Assembly (NCBI RefSeq): GCF_006345805.1
Contig: NC_042997.1
Span: 20,956,001 to 21,020,000, forward strand
Direction: 5' to 3'
Length of the DNA stretch: 64,000 nucleotides
Source: Octopus sinensis
Lineage: Eukaryota
Shown here: positions 13,440 through 25,265 of the stretch, piece by piece
How positions within the stretch are numbered: the stretch's first letter is position 1
Layout: every line of letters begins with the position of its first letter
Position numbers and translations under genes: made by a program
The notes under the pieces: model-generated
The model's database searches: none
Seen by the model: the letters and a program-made list of their open reading frames with translations, nothing else
Told to the model about the DNA's origin: nothing

Positions 13440-13684
13440 TCACAGCAAAACTTGTAAAATGAAAAGAAAATTCAAGTGTATATTTCCCTCGTGTGTACCG
13501 TTGACGATTTTTTTTTTCCTTTGTCTTCCCTTCTCTGGATCTTTCCTTCTCCTATGTTTCCAACGAAGAGCTCTGCTCGAAACGTTAAACCCTCCTTCTT
13601 TCCTCCTTTCCTGAGCGTCTAATAATACTATATTTGTTCCACGTCCTCGCGTTGTTGTGTTTTTATGTGTTTTCTTGTTTCGAT

Positions 13685-13688
<4 letters not shown>
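13440..13688 (+). mobile_element. Penelope pLTR-like element with degenerate hammerhead motif (13555-13590)
   Basis: gttt-CCAACGA-A-GAGC(tct)GCTC-GAAAC-GTT-aaac. The same family occurs at 36698-36815, and the element abuts (TA)n. Confidence 0.6.

Positions 13689-13742
<54 letters not shown>
13689..13742. repeat. (TA)n(GA)n microsatellite
   Basis: Directly visible. Confidence 0.97.
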
Positions 13743-13809
13743 ATTAAGAGACAGAACCCCCATTAAGCAATTCAATTAATAATGAAAGAACCAGAGGCTG
13801 CGACAGAGG

Positions 13810-14040
13810 CTATAATAAAATATAAATTTAAATATATTATTATTAACATTGTACTAAAAATTTCTATACTAATTAATACACATTAAAACTACATTATTAT
13901 TAATGTTCTACTAAACATTTCTATACGAAATAATATACATTATCAAAATACACATTAAAATGACTTAAAATGACATTATTATTAATATTGTACTAAAAAT
14001 TTCTATACTAAATAATAAACATTAAAATATACACATTAAA
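13810..14040. repeat. AT-rich minisatellite, about three imperfect ~60-70-nt units
   Basis: Recurring ACATTATTATTAA(C/T)ATTGTACTAAAAATTTCTATACTAA-like unit. Confidence 0.7.
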
Positions 14041-14042
14041 AT

Positions 14043-14155
14043 GATGACGTGCATTTCATGACTATGTATACAAATCTACAATATCAAAATCGATAATCTC
14101 AAAAATCAATATTTCTTTGATCCAACGATACATAGCCACTCTTCAGGTCTCAATA
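14043..14155 (-). ncRNA. Degenerate type I hammerhead ribozyme motif
   Basis: CTGAAGA (14146-14140), a 12-bp stem II (GTGGCTATGTAT / ATACATAGTCAT) and GAAA (14057-14054). Stem III and the cleavage triplet are degenerate (GAAATGCAC). Confidence 0.5.
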
Positions 14156-14274
14156 ACATAAAATAAATTTACAACATAAAAATGAAGACATTATAATTAC
14201 ACTATACATTTATAACTAATTGATAATATTTAACAGTCATGCTCCTAATTTTCTTTAATACTGAATTTGGTTTT

Positions 14275-15590
14275 TATGCCAGGTAGTGGGACAATAGATA
14301 CAATATTCATTGTAAGGAGATTGAAAGAGGAATACTGAGATAGGGAGGAGTTGTACATGTGCTTCATTGATCTGGAGAAAGCATTTGAGAAGGTTCCGAG
14401 GAAGGTGATTGAGTGGGTATTGAGGAAGAGAGGTGTACTAGAGGTAATAGTGGGGGCAGTGATGAGTTTGTATGAGGGGATAAACACAAAAGTTAGAATT
14501 GGATCAGAGCAGTCAGAGAAGTTTGTGGTGAAAGTTGGTGTGCATCAGGGATCTGTGTTGTCACCGTTGTTGTTTGCAATAGAGACTGATGTGGCGATGG
14601 AGAGTGCAAGAGAGGGATTGATAATGGAGAGACTGCGTGTGAATGACTGTGTTCTGATGAATGAGATGATGGCGGGATTGAGGGAGAAGTTTTGAAAATG
14701 GAGGGAGGCATTTGAAAGCAAGGATTTGAAGGTAAACCTCAGAAAGACAAAGGTGATAGTGAGTGGGGTGGAAGGAGAAGTGTTAGTGAGTAAGCTGGAT
14801 CCATGTGGTGTATGCAGTGTTGTGTACGAGATGTGAGAAATGGATTCATGGTAGGTGTACGAAAATGAAGATGACTGGCAAGAGAGTTTGTTTGTGCAAG
14901 GGGTGAAAAAGGAGCTGGAGGGCTGGCAGAACCATTGGAAAGGCAATGAGATGAGGTGGAAATGGTGAGAGGGTTTTGTTATTTTGGAGATAGGGTGGAT
15001 GTAAGTGGTGGATGTGAAGCAGCTGTGACAGCAAGAGCGAGACTTGGTTAGGTGAAGTTCAGGGAATGTGAAGCATTGTTATATGGGAAAAGGTTCTCAT
15101 TAAAGATGAAAGGAAGAGTCTATAAGAGTTGTGTGAGTGCTGCAATACTGTATGGGAGTGAGACATGGTGTCTGAGGGAGAGAGAGAGGGTAATTTTGAG
15201 AAGGACTGAGAGAGCAATGGTGAGAGAAATGTGTGGGGTGAAGCTGTTTGATAAGAGGATTTGATGGGAATGGAGAATGCTGGGGTTGGAGGAATCAGTG
15301 GAATGGTTGGCAAGGGCAAATGGAGTGAGGTGATACGGGGATGTGTTGAGGAGGAATGAAGAGCATGTTCTGAAGAGGGTGATTGCATTTGAGGTAAATG
15401 GAGTGCAAAAGCAAGGTAGACTAAGGAAACAGGTGGAGGAGATTGGGAGGGTTGGTTTGAAAAAAGATGTTCAAAACTGGGCAAGATGGTGAGATAGTGT
15501 GAGGGTGGTTGCTATGGCATTGAGATAGATCCAGTTACCCCCGTTAACAGAAAAACACCTGGATTTAAAACACTAGATGAAGATGATGAT
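14275..15590 (+). mobile_element. 5'-truncated RTE-clade LINE (RT domain)
   Basis: Translates to CFIDLEKAFEKVPR, VGVHQGSVLSPLLFAI and KFRECEALLYGKRFSLKMKGRVYKSCVSAAILYGSETW. Ends in a short (GAT)n tail. Confidence 0.92.
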
Positions 15591-15922
15591 CATATAATAA
15601 TGAAAACGCTTTCACATGATTAGAGAAAAAGAGGGAGAAGGAAAAGGGATAGAGAGAAAAAAAGGGAGAGAGAAGTGTTCATGGCGTGTGGTAGAGAGAT
15701 TGTGAGTAACACTTTCATGAGATTAGTTGACAGTAAAGAGAGAGTGAGAAAGAAAGTGAAAGGAAGAAAAAGAAGGAAAGATAAACAGACAGAGAGAGAA
15801 AAAGAGGGAGAGAAAAGCGTCTGTGACGTGAATTAGGGAGAACGTAATATTTAGTATGTGGTAGGGAAAGTTAGGTGAAGGTAGTGATGATATAGAGGAG
15901 GAAAGATAAAAATATAATTTTA

Positions 15923-16480
15923 TCCAGGCAAAATGATTAGTATTATTTCGTCTGTCTACATTCTAAGTTCAAATTACACCAAGATCGACTTTGCCTTTGA
16001 TCATTTCAGGGTCGATAAATCAAGTACCAAGGAAACACTGGGGTCGATGTAATTGACTAATCCTCCTCCAAATTTCAGGCCTTGGCAGACAAAAATGCTT
16101 AGCAGTATTTCGCCCATCTTTATGTTCTGAGTTCAAATTTCACAAAGGTTGACTTTGTATTTCATCCTTTTGGGGTCGATAAATTAAGTACCAGTCAAGT
16201 ACTGGGGTTCATGTATCAACTATGCCCTTCCCTAAATTTCAGGCCTTGTAGATTGTCATTATTATTAATAGTGGCGAGCTGGCAGAATTGTTAGCCCACC
16301 AGGTGAACTGCTTAGCTGCATTTCTTCTGTCTTCATATTCTGAGTTCAAATTCCGTTATGGTCGACTTTGCCTTTCATCCTTTCGGGGTTGATAAGTTAA
16401 GTACCAGTTAAACACTGCGGTCAATGTAATTGACTAATCCCCTCCTCTCAAATTTCAGGCCTTTTTCCTTTACTGGAAAG
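15923..16480 (+). mobile_element. Three tandem family D tRNA-derived SINE units
   Basis: Three consecutive copies of GAGTTCAAAT...GACTTTG...GGGGTCGATAAAT..AAGTACCA...AAATTTCAGGCCTT. Confidence 0.85.
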
Positions 16481-16523
16481 GATTATCATTATTATTATTG
16501 TTATTATTATTATTATTATTATT

Positions 16524-17163
16524 AGTGAGTGAGAAAGCAGTGCATGCCATCACAGTGACACTGTGGTAAAATATACAAAGCCCAGTATACCCATCATGAC
16601 TACCTGTCTGATAAGGGTGCACTAGGCACATGCATCACAACTAGATGTGCACAACATGGTGATCTCATATCAAGATAAACAGTGCATAACCTTGCAGGTG
16701 GGGCCCAGTTAGAATTTTCTTCAGGTTGAATATCCTATCTCACTCAAAAAATCCTGAATAAGGGATGTTTAAGGATGTTGAACGAAACCACCTGTGTTTT
16801 CAGAGATGAATTATTCAAACCCCATAGTATTCCTCTTAACACATGGCTATGATGCTCCCCCACTACTTCTGCTTGTGATCAGAGATGCACATATCATCAA
16901 CCTCTAAGGGACATGCTCAACTGGTTAAGGTCAAACAACTGACAAGCAAATCTGTAGTATTGAGCAGAATATTTGCTGTAGTTTTATAACAAGACAAAAT
17001 ATATATAATGATATCACTTCTAATCAGTTAAGATCAGACCCCATGAGAGCCAGTGCCTGGTACTGCATCAGGGAATAAACTAAGTACCAGCTGAACACTG
17101 AGATCGATGTAATCGACTCATCCACTCCCCTAAAACTGCTGCCCTTATGGCAAGACTTGAAAC

Positions 17164-17201
<38 letters not shown>

Positions 17202-17840
17202 GTGAGTGAGAAAGCAGTGCATGCCATCACAGTGACACTGTGGTAAAATATACAAAGCCCAGTATACCCATCATGACTACCTGTCTGATAAGGGTGCACT
17301 AGGCACATGCATCACAACTAGATGTGCACAACATGGTGATCTCATATCAAGATAAACAGTGCATAACCTTGCAGGTGGGGCCCAGTTAGAATTTTCTTCA
17401 GGTTGAATATCCTATCTCACTCAAAAAATCCTGAATAAGGGATGTTTAAGGATGTTGAACGAAACCACCTGTGTTTTCAGAGATGAATTATTCAAACCCC
17501 ATAGTATTCCTCTTAACACATGGCTATGATGCTCCCCCACTACTTCTGCTTGTGATCAGAGATGCACATATCATCAACCTCTAAGGGACATGCTCAACTG
17601 GTTAAGGTCAAACAACTGACAAGCAAATCTGTAGTATTGAGCAGAATATTTGCTGTAGTTTTATAACAAGACAAAATATATATAATGATATCACTTCTAA
17701 TCAGTTAAGATCAGACCCCATGAGAGCCAGTGCCTGGTACTGCATCAGGGAATAAACTAAGTACCAGCTGAACACTGAGATCGATGTAATCGACTCATCC
17801 ACTCCCCTAAAACTGCTGCCCTTATGGCAAGACTTGAAAC

Positions 17841-17896
<56 letters not shown>

Positions 17897-18450
17897 GCGA
17901 GTGAGAGAGCAGTGCATGCCATCAAAGTGACACTGGAGTAAAATATGCAAAGCCCAGTATACTCATCATGACTATTCGTCTGAAATGGGTACACTAGGCA
18001 CATGCATAACAAGCATATATGCATGACATGGTTATCTCATATCAAAATAAAGAGCACTTGACCTTGCAGATGGGGCCCAGTTGGAATTTTCTTCAGGCCA
18101 AGTAGCCCATCCCACTCAAAAGGTCACTGAATAAGGGTTACTTAAAGATGGTGAACAAAACACCCATTTTTCCAAAGCTGAATTATCCAAACTCCATAGT
18201 ATTCCTCTTAGCACATAGCTATGATGCTCCCCAACTACGTCTTCTCATGATCAGAGATGCACATATCATTAGCCACAATGGGACATGCTCAACTGGTTAA
18301 AGTCAAACAATTGACAAGAAATTCTGTGGTATTGAGCAGAATATTTGCTGCAGCCAATCTTTTGTACCAAGACAAAACAATGTGCATAATAACACTTCCA
18401 ATCAGTTAAGATCAGAAGCCATGAATGTCAACTGCCTGGTACTGCATCAG
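16524..18450 (-). repeat. Tandem array of family E retroposon: two apparently identical units (16524-17200, 17201-17895) plus one diverged unit (17896-18450)
   Basis: Unit starts are 677 and 695 nt apart; the difference is (ATT)n length. Units 1 and 2 = ~550-bp E element + family D fragment + (ATT)n. The ORF track shows identical translated tails for both junctions. Confidence 0.92.
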
Positions 18451-18452
18451 AC

Positions 18453-18480
18453 TGATTATTATTATTATTATTATTATTAT

Positions 18481-18526
<46 letters not shown>

Positions 18527-18606
18527 TGGTGGTGGTGGTGGTGATGGTGGTGGTGATGGTGGTGGTGGTATTATTATTATTACTATTATTACTATTATTA
18601 TTATTA

Positions 18607-18676
<70 letters not shown>

Positions 18677-18690
18677 TGGGTGGTGGTGAT
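18453..18690. repeat. Compound trinucleotide microsatellite (ATT)(AGT)(GGT)(ATT/ACT)(AGT)
   Basis: Directly visible. Confidence 0.95.
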
Positions 18691-18759
18691 ATTGTTAAAA
18701 CTTTTCCATCTGAATTATATAAGTAGTGTCATAATAGTTAATAGTTTGCCAGCCTTCTA

Positions 18760-20400
18760 CATGACTTTGTCAAGTATTCATGCAGAATACAAGATAACCA
18801 TTCTTGCAAGGTACAGGATATCAATTCCGATATCTTCCAGCCTCTCACCAAACCACTTTGATATTCATACCAATGGTATTATGTCTACAGGAATAACTCT
18901 CATTCACATAGCTCAGAGTTTTATTTTTCATTGTTTAGTAAATTCTAGATTCTTTTCAATCTTCTGGCTGTCATATTTCTTTCTATTCTATTTTATTTGC
19001 TTCTGCTATCACATGGTACAGCCATGTTTTATGATTATATCTACTCCTGTGTAACATGAATTTGCTTGAAAAATTTCACAACATATTCTGACTAGAGATA
19101 TTGACAATTTTCTGCTAAACTCTCTGTATAACTTCCTTCTTATTATATTGTATATTCTATACTTTTTGAAGCATCTTGCTACATTTACAAAATATATGGT
19201 TGATAAATTCATCTATATTCATCATTTATTATATTTCTGGTTTCTGTTTGATTCTGTTTTAATAATGTTTGGTTTGCTCTTGTGCAGCCAAACTCAGGAT
19301 TTTTTTTTACCTCTTTAAAATTCCCTATTCCAGCCAAGTCAAATATTTTATTTTTAGTTTTCTTTATTTGATAAATCGCTATTATCTTTTTTCTTTCTTT
19401 TAGTAGTAAACTTTTCCTCTTCTTATATTTCTCTCTGTATGTACGAACCTTCATGGCTCAATATATAGTTATCTTTTCACCCTCCTAACATTTTTCTAAC
19501 ATAGTTCCCTAATTACTATGTGTTCTGTGTTTGTTACATTGAGTGGCCAATTGTCTCTCATTTTGCTTTTTTGGGGGTTTTTCTTTTTTTTGTATGAGCT
19601 ATCTACAAAGATTGCTTCATGGATTTAAGCCACTGTGCATTGTTAATAATGTTTTGCTATGTCTATACTTTTCATATGATTTTTTTTCCGTCCTTGCAAG
19701 AAACGCTTCAGAATATTTTATTACAGGTTTTGTCCCAGATTTGACCACTTTAATGGGGTTCCATACATCTATTTTTACTTCTAAGATCTCTTTGATCCTC
19801 CTTTTGCCTCATTTTCGAACTTTACCTTTCATTTCCATCTGCTTCAACTTGTTATTTTGTGATATATCCAAATATATTTCTCACTTCCCTTTGATAGCAT
19901 ATTCGTTCATTAACTAGAAGGTGGATTCTTACAAATATTACTCATTTCCTCTTCTTATCACAAACTTTTTCCATAGCCCATGGTATCCGAATATTTCTGC
20001 TTGCAATTATGACAATCTTCTGGCATGTAGCTCCTTATATTTAGAGTAATGATTGCAGTAATACAGGATCATTAGATATTCCTTAATTAAATTTGGTTCA
20101 TAGCAATATGATATAAAGCTTGTGAGAAAGAATTTGCTGATATAATACTTCTTTTAATTTCAGTATTACATGCCCCTTTGATTCAGTGAGACTTTGTGTA
20201 TACTTTGAAAGCTTTACATTATATATACCAAATATTTTCAAACACCCCGGGTGCCAATAACAGAATATTATATTATATGATTTTCTCTATCAATTCATCT
20301 TATTAATAGGTCTTGCTTCCTATTATTCATTAGCTGAAGTATCATTTTGTTAATATACAAATCATTAGTTCCTTGTGATTATGTTTAGCATCCTTTCTGA
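18760..20400 (-). mobile_element. Heavily decayed R4/Dong-like LINE fragment
   Basis: Degenerate similarity to the RT/CCHC/RLE C-terminal region (GNFKEVKK..., ARCFKKYRIYNI..., IILYSA*ILDKV-like end). Highly interrupted. Confidence 0.55.
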
Positions 20401-22494
20401 TCCTTCAAATATTGTGTTCCATTTTCATGAAGGAGCTTGCAACATCCACTGTGAACTCTCTCTCCAGATTTCTATGTCACTAGTAAATATATACTGAAAT
20501 TGGGTGTTGCTCACTTGACATAGATGGATAGAAGAAGAAATGGAAGGTAGTAAAGAGAGAAAGGTAGCAGATAGGTAGAGAGAGGCAGATAGAAATAAAC
20601 GGGAAGTGTTTTGAGCACAAGAGGAGAGAGGCAAAGGATAGAAAAGAGAGAAAATCTTACACCAAATATTGAACATTGTGTGGGGTGCCCTGAGTAGGAA
20701 CAGAAGTGGAGTGTGTGACATTACATTGATTAATAACCATAAAATGTTGCACAGTAAGTCGACATATGTATGTTCTTGCTTTGAGAGGGAACCTAACTTC
20801 AAGCAACTTTTTACAGATGAATTTTTAGACACTATCTTCTAAACTTGGGGGTGCAAATTTTGATTTTGCACCTGCTAAAAACTTTAGTGGGTGCACTTGC
20901 ATCCCCTGCACTCTCTGTTCTCAGGGCCTTGTCCATACTTTGAAACCATAAAGTTTGTAATTAGTGAAAATATAATAAATTAATTATAGATACATTCTCA
21001 AAAGATATTGATCACTGTTGGCACTTAGAACAATACATCAGCTATTGTCAATAATTAAAATATATATCTGTAGCCTCCTTTACAAATTTAATATTGTGTA
21101 AGTGATTAAACTTTGTGCATAGGTACTTCAAATTCTATTCAGCAAATATTATTTCAAAACATGAAAATTATTTTCCTGACAGAAGAGTAAATTTGAAAAA
21201 CAAATAATTATAAATTGATCAGACATATCAATGGAAATTTAATGAAGGAAACTTATGTGAAAATATATGAAGAACATGAGTATCTTATTAAGGTAAAATA
21301 TTTACACAAAAGAAAATTTGTGTCTCTTTGGAAAATTTCACTAGAAAGATAAATTTGATATTGAATTGTATAAATATGCTGTTTTGGAATGCCTTCGTTA
21401 TTCATTTTAACTTTTAATTTGGTAATAGTTCTATAATTCACATAGATATGTCTAAGAAGAAAGTTAATATTTATGAAGCGTTGCTTGAACATTGAAATAT
21501 ATTTTGACATTAAATTCAATTTCAACCATGATCAAATGAGACATGATGAATTGTGATAAACAGAAAATTTGAAGGGAGAAAATCTTAAAATTTAATCTTT
21601 TATTAGGGTTTTATTCTCAAGTAGTGGAAAGGTACACCTAGCAGAAATAGTATTCTCATTGCATATCAATTAATTTAATTATTGCTTTGTGAAATCAAGT
21701 AAAGGATATACCAGGAAATTTTAAGTGCAGATTTAATCATATATAAAGTAACCTGTTTGAATGATCTTTTGTTTTCCTATCTTATTCTTTGATATATTTA
21801 GACAAATTTCCAATTTATCTTTGTAGATAGCAATATTTAATTCATTTCGCAAATTTATACTGTTTATTTAATAGAAATATTAAATTATGTCCAGGAAAAG
21901 GAAAATGAGCAGGTAAAGAGATTGATTTTGATGCAAAGAATCAGAAAGATTTACTCTGAACAGAAAGCTATTTGATTATTGTAACTATCTGATTATTAAG
22001 TTATAGTTTTAGGTCAGATTTATATAAGATTCCTTAATTTCTTTCCTATTTTGGAGTATTTAATTCCCCAGAAATCATATAAATTATCAATAAACAATTA
22101 ATTAAAAGAATAAAATTTGATTCGATTTTAGCAATTGTTTGATACTCATATTGTCTCATCTTCTTCATCATCTTTTTACTGAAGAATATTTTTCTCCCAT
22201 TTTCCCATTCATAATATAAGAGTGATCTACATTGACTTCTAACTACCCCTGTTCCTTCAGCCTTCAAATTATTAACCATTTTGCCTTATACTATCTTTCC
22301 TACTGCATTTCTGAAAGTTTAATCCATTCAGGTATTTTGATCAAACTTTGTTTTTCCCATTCTCTTCATGAATTTTCAAAAAAATGGTCTTTAAAATTTA
22401 TATTTCCATAAAGGGATGTATTAATATGACAATGTTGATAATAATAGGTAGCAGACTGATCATTGTCATTAATTATTTCAACAATGTGAGTGGA

Positions 22495-22520
22495 TTTGGT
22501 AGGTGGAAACTGAAAGAAGA

Positions 22521-22551
<31 letters not shown>

Positions 22552-22780
22552 TTGTGTGTGTCTGTGTTTCTCACCCGACCATACCATCGCTTGACAACCG
22601 ATGTTGGTGTCTTTATGTCCCCATAACTTAGCAGTTTGGCAAAAGAGACTGATAGAATAAGTACTATTCTTACAAAGAATAAGTCCTGGGGTTGATTTGT
22701 CTAACTAAAAGCAGTGCTCCAGCATGGCCACCACCATATGATTGAAACCAGCAAAAGAATGAAAGAATAAAAGAAAAGAA
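22495..22780 (+). mobile_element. Family B tRNA-SINE, 3' half
   Basis: Matches full copies at 47567-47990 and 53635-54043. Confidence 0.85.
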
Positions 22781-23048
22781 TATATCTGATTCAATTAACA
22801 TATAACATAATTATTTGATATTCCTAGAAGAAACAACTTAGAACTAGAATTTTGTGCTTTAGCCAGAAATTGATCAGCTTGAAATAGAAACTAAATCTTC
22901 CTCAAATCACATTTATCATATATAAAAAAAAAAGTGGTTACATTGGACATTATGGTTCTTGATATACTGCCTGAAAATCTAAACAAAATTAAATGTTCAT
23001 GCCAGGAAATATTTTGCTGGTATGTTTATATGTAAAACAAAATGATAA

Positions 23049-23616
23049 GTTATCGCCAAGCTAATATGGCAGTCCATAATATAGGACGAAAGCTTGTGTC
23101 ATAAAGCTAGCTAGAGGCGATGGCCTCTTGGAGCTAATCAACGGCAGCTTTCATCCTATATTTATGGACTGCTATGTTAGCTTGGCGTTAACTATTAATA
23201 CACAGTACCACTGCTGTAGTCTCCTTTAGAGAGACTTAGAAATAATAATATTTCTATTTTTGAAAACCAGTGGATGTATTCCACTGAATTTAGGTAAATG
23301 ATCCTTCGAACAGACTGTCAGTAGCAACACCTGCTGGGTTCGGCTACTCTGCATTGATAAAGGGCAAATACCCTGAAACATGTCTGTAGATGCCTGACCA
23401 GCAAGAGGAAGTGGTTGACCTCCCCTGTTTGAAGATTATAATGGACACAGGTCCGTGTGTCATATAGCTAGCTAGAGGTGATGGCCTCTTGGAGCTAATC
23501 AACAGCAGCTTTCGTCCTATATTTATGGACTGCCATATTAGCTTTGTGATAACTATTAATATCCAGTACTGCTTCCGTAGTATCCTTTAGAGAGACTTAG
23601 AAATAATAATATTTCT
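23049..23616 (+). mobile_element. Retrozyme/Penelope-pLTR-like element: 46-nt inverted head plus 1.45 tandem copies of a 361-nt unit, 10-bp TSD
   Basis: 162-nt direct repeats at 23095-23256 and 23456-23617. 23049-23094 is the reverse complement of ~23146-23192. TSD AAAATGATAA at 23039-23048 and 23617-23626. Contains a hammerhead motif. Confidence 0.8.
23348..23390 (+). ncRNA. Minimal type I hammerhead ribozyme, U3:A8 variant
   Basis: Stem I TCTGCA/TGTAGA, core TTGATAA, stem II AGGG(caaata)CCCT, then GAAAC-AT-GTC. Predicted cleavage is after 23384. Confidence 0.7.
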
Positions 23617-23764
23617 AAAATGATAAAGGACATTGACATTCATTAGAGAGTCATCATTGGATTAATTGGTGTTGTGAACAATGGAGGTCAGGGTATCTAA
23701 GAGGCTGATATTTTGAAGAACTCATACCTGGGGGGTAAAAAATAACAAAGACAAATATGAAGTA

Positions 23765-23915
23765 GATTGGCATTAGGAGGGCATCCAGCTGTAGAAACTC
23801 TGCCAGATCAGATTGGAGTCTGGTGCAGCCATCTGGTTCGCCAGACCTCAGTCAAATCATTCAACCCATACTAGCATGGACAGCAGACATTAAACGATGA
23901 TGATGAGGATGATGA
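23765..23915 (+). mobile_element. Family A RTE 3'UTR tail
   Basis: Consensus match with (GAT)n-like tail. Confidence 0.85.
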
Positions 23916-24482
23916 GGATGATGAGGATTTACATAAAAATATTAAAAAGTAAATTAAGAAAATCAGAATGAAAAACAGCACAATCTTGTAATTTTATAAC
24001 TAGCATTCATTTTAGTATGAACAATAGTTCAGTTTCAAGCATGGAGCAAAAGAAAGAAATTTTGGTGAATATAAGATAACTTGATTAAAAATGCCCATAT
24101 TGGTTAATTCAGTCTGAATTAAAAAGAAATCCTTTCTACACATTCATAAACTTTTTAAAAAGTCCTTTTTTTTTTTCATTAGCTTAGTCTGAGAGAAGAT
24201 TCTAAGTGCATGGTCCTAGCAAATCCTCAAGAGATCTGTGAGATTGTTGTGGTGGAGATATTCTTGAATAATTACAAGTCAACAGTTGTAGGAAAACATG
24301 TGCAACGATGAAATTTCAAAAGGCTATTGTTCAGTAGCAAGTGGGAAAGGGATGGATTAAATCTAATCTTGGTTAACATAAAACTGAATAGAAAACATAT
24401 GTCTGCATTATTTTATGAAATTATATGGCTAAAAGATTATATGTATGAAAGAACCAAAATATCAGAACATTAGGTTGTTGTA

Positions 24483-25265
24483 CAGTAATCCTTTGACTAA
24501 CATGGGTGTCACATTCCCAAACCCCCCTACAATAGGTGAAAATCCACAAAGTAGAAACAGTACTGTATATTTTTTTTTATTATTTGTATAATTTGTGTAT
24601 ATTTATTTCATTACAAATGCAAAACAACACCATAGAGAAATCGACGTAAGCTTAAATATTGGGTTGTCCGGAAAGTTCGTACCGATTTATAGTAGCTTAC
24701 ATTTTAACTTATTTTAGAACATGGTTGAGTCCATAAAATAAGATTTGACTACATTTCCATTTAGAGCACAGTTTAAGCTAACTTTTTGTGGAAGAAGATT
24801 TATGTTCCTATAACCTGTGTTAATTCTGTAACCCTTTAAAATGGAAGATAAGAAAGTTCATTTTCGGCACGTGATGCTTTGGGAACCAGACAAAAATTGC
24901 TGAAGCTTGGCTAGGATGTGTTATCCCACCCTCTGTATTCACCAGATATTGCTCCTTCAGATTTCCACTTATTCAGGTCTCTGCAGAATAGTCGTAATGG
25001 TAAAAATTTCAATTCCTTGGATGACGTAGATACCTTGATGAATTCTTTGCCATGAAACCACCTCAATTCTGGGAAGAGGGTATTTTCAAGTTAAAGGAAA
25101 GATGGAGACGCATTGTGCAACAAAATGGTTCATATTTGGTTGATTAAAAATGTAATGGCAAGTATTTATTGACCTTTTTCTTTCCTTTAAAAATCGGCAC
25201 GAACTCTCCCAACAACCCAACAATAAACCTTGATAGGTGAACCACGATATGTCAAGGGATTATTA
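24483..25265. mobile_element. Tigger/pogo-like MITE (host of a nested mariner)
   Basis: Imperfect TIRs CAGTAATCCTTTGAC... and ...GTCAAGGGATTATTA, with TA on both sides (24481-24482, 25266-25267). Confidence 0.65.
24659..25220 (+). mobile_element. Internally deleted mariner (DD34D) element
   Basis: TIRs TTGGGTTGTCCGGAAAGTTCGTACCGATTT and AAATCGGCACGAACTCTCCCAACAACCCAA. The N-terminus MEDKKVHFRHVML is fused to the C-terminal HPLYSPDIAPSDFHLFRSLQN...ERWRRIVQQNGSYLVD*. Confidence 0.9.

Noticed and set aside
16524-18450. Possible CRISPR or satellite-like array
   Set aside because: The units are ~680-bp retroposon duplications without unique spacers, in a eukaryotic context.
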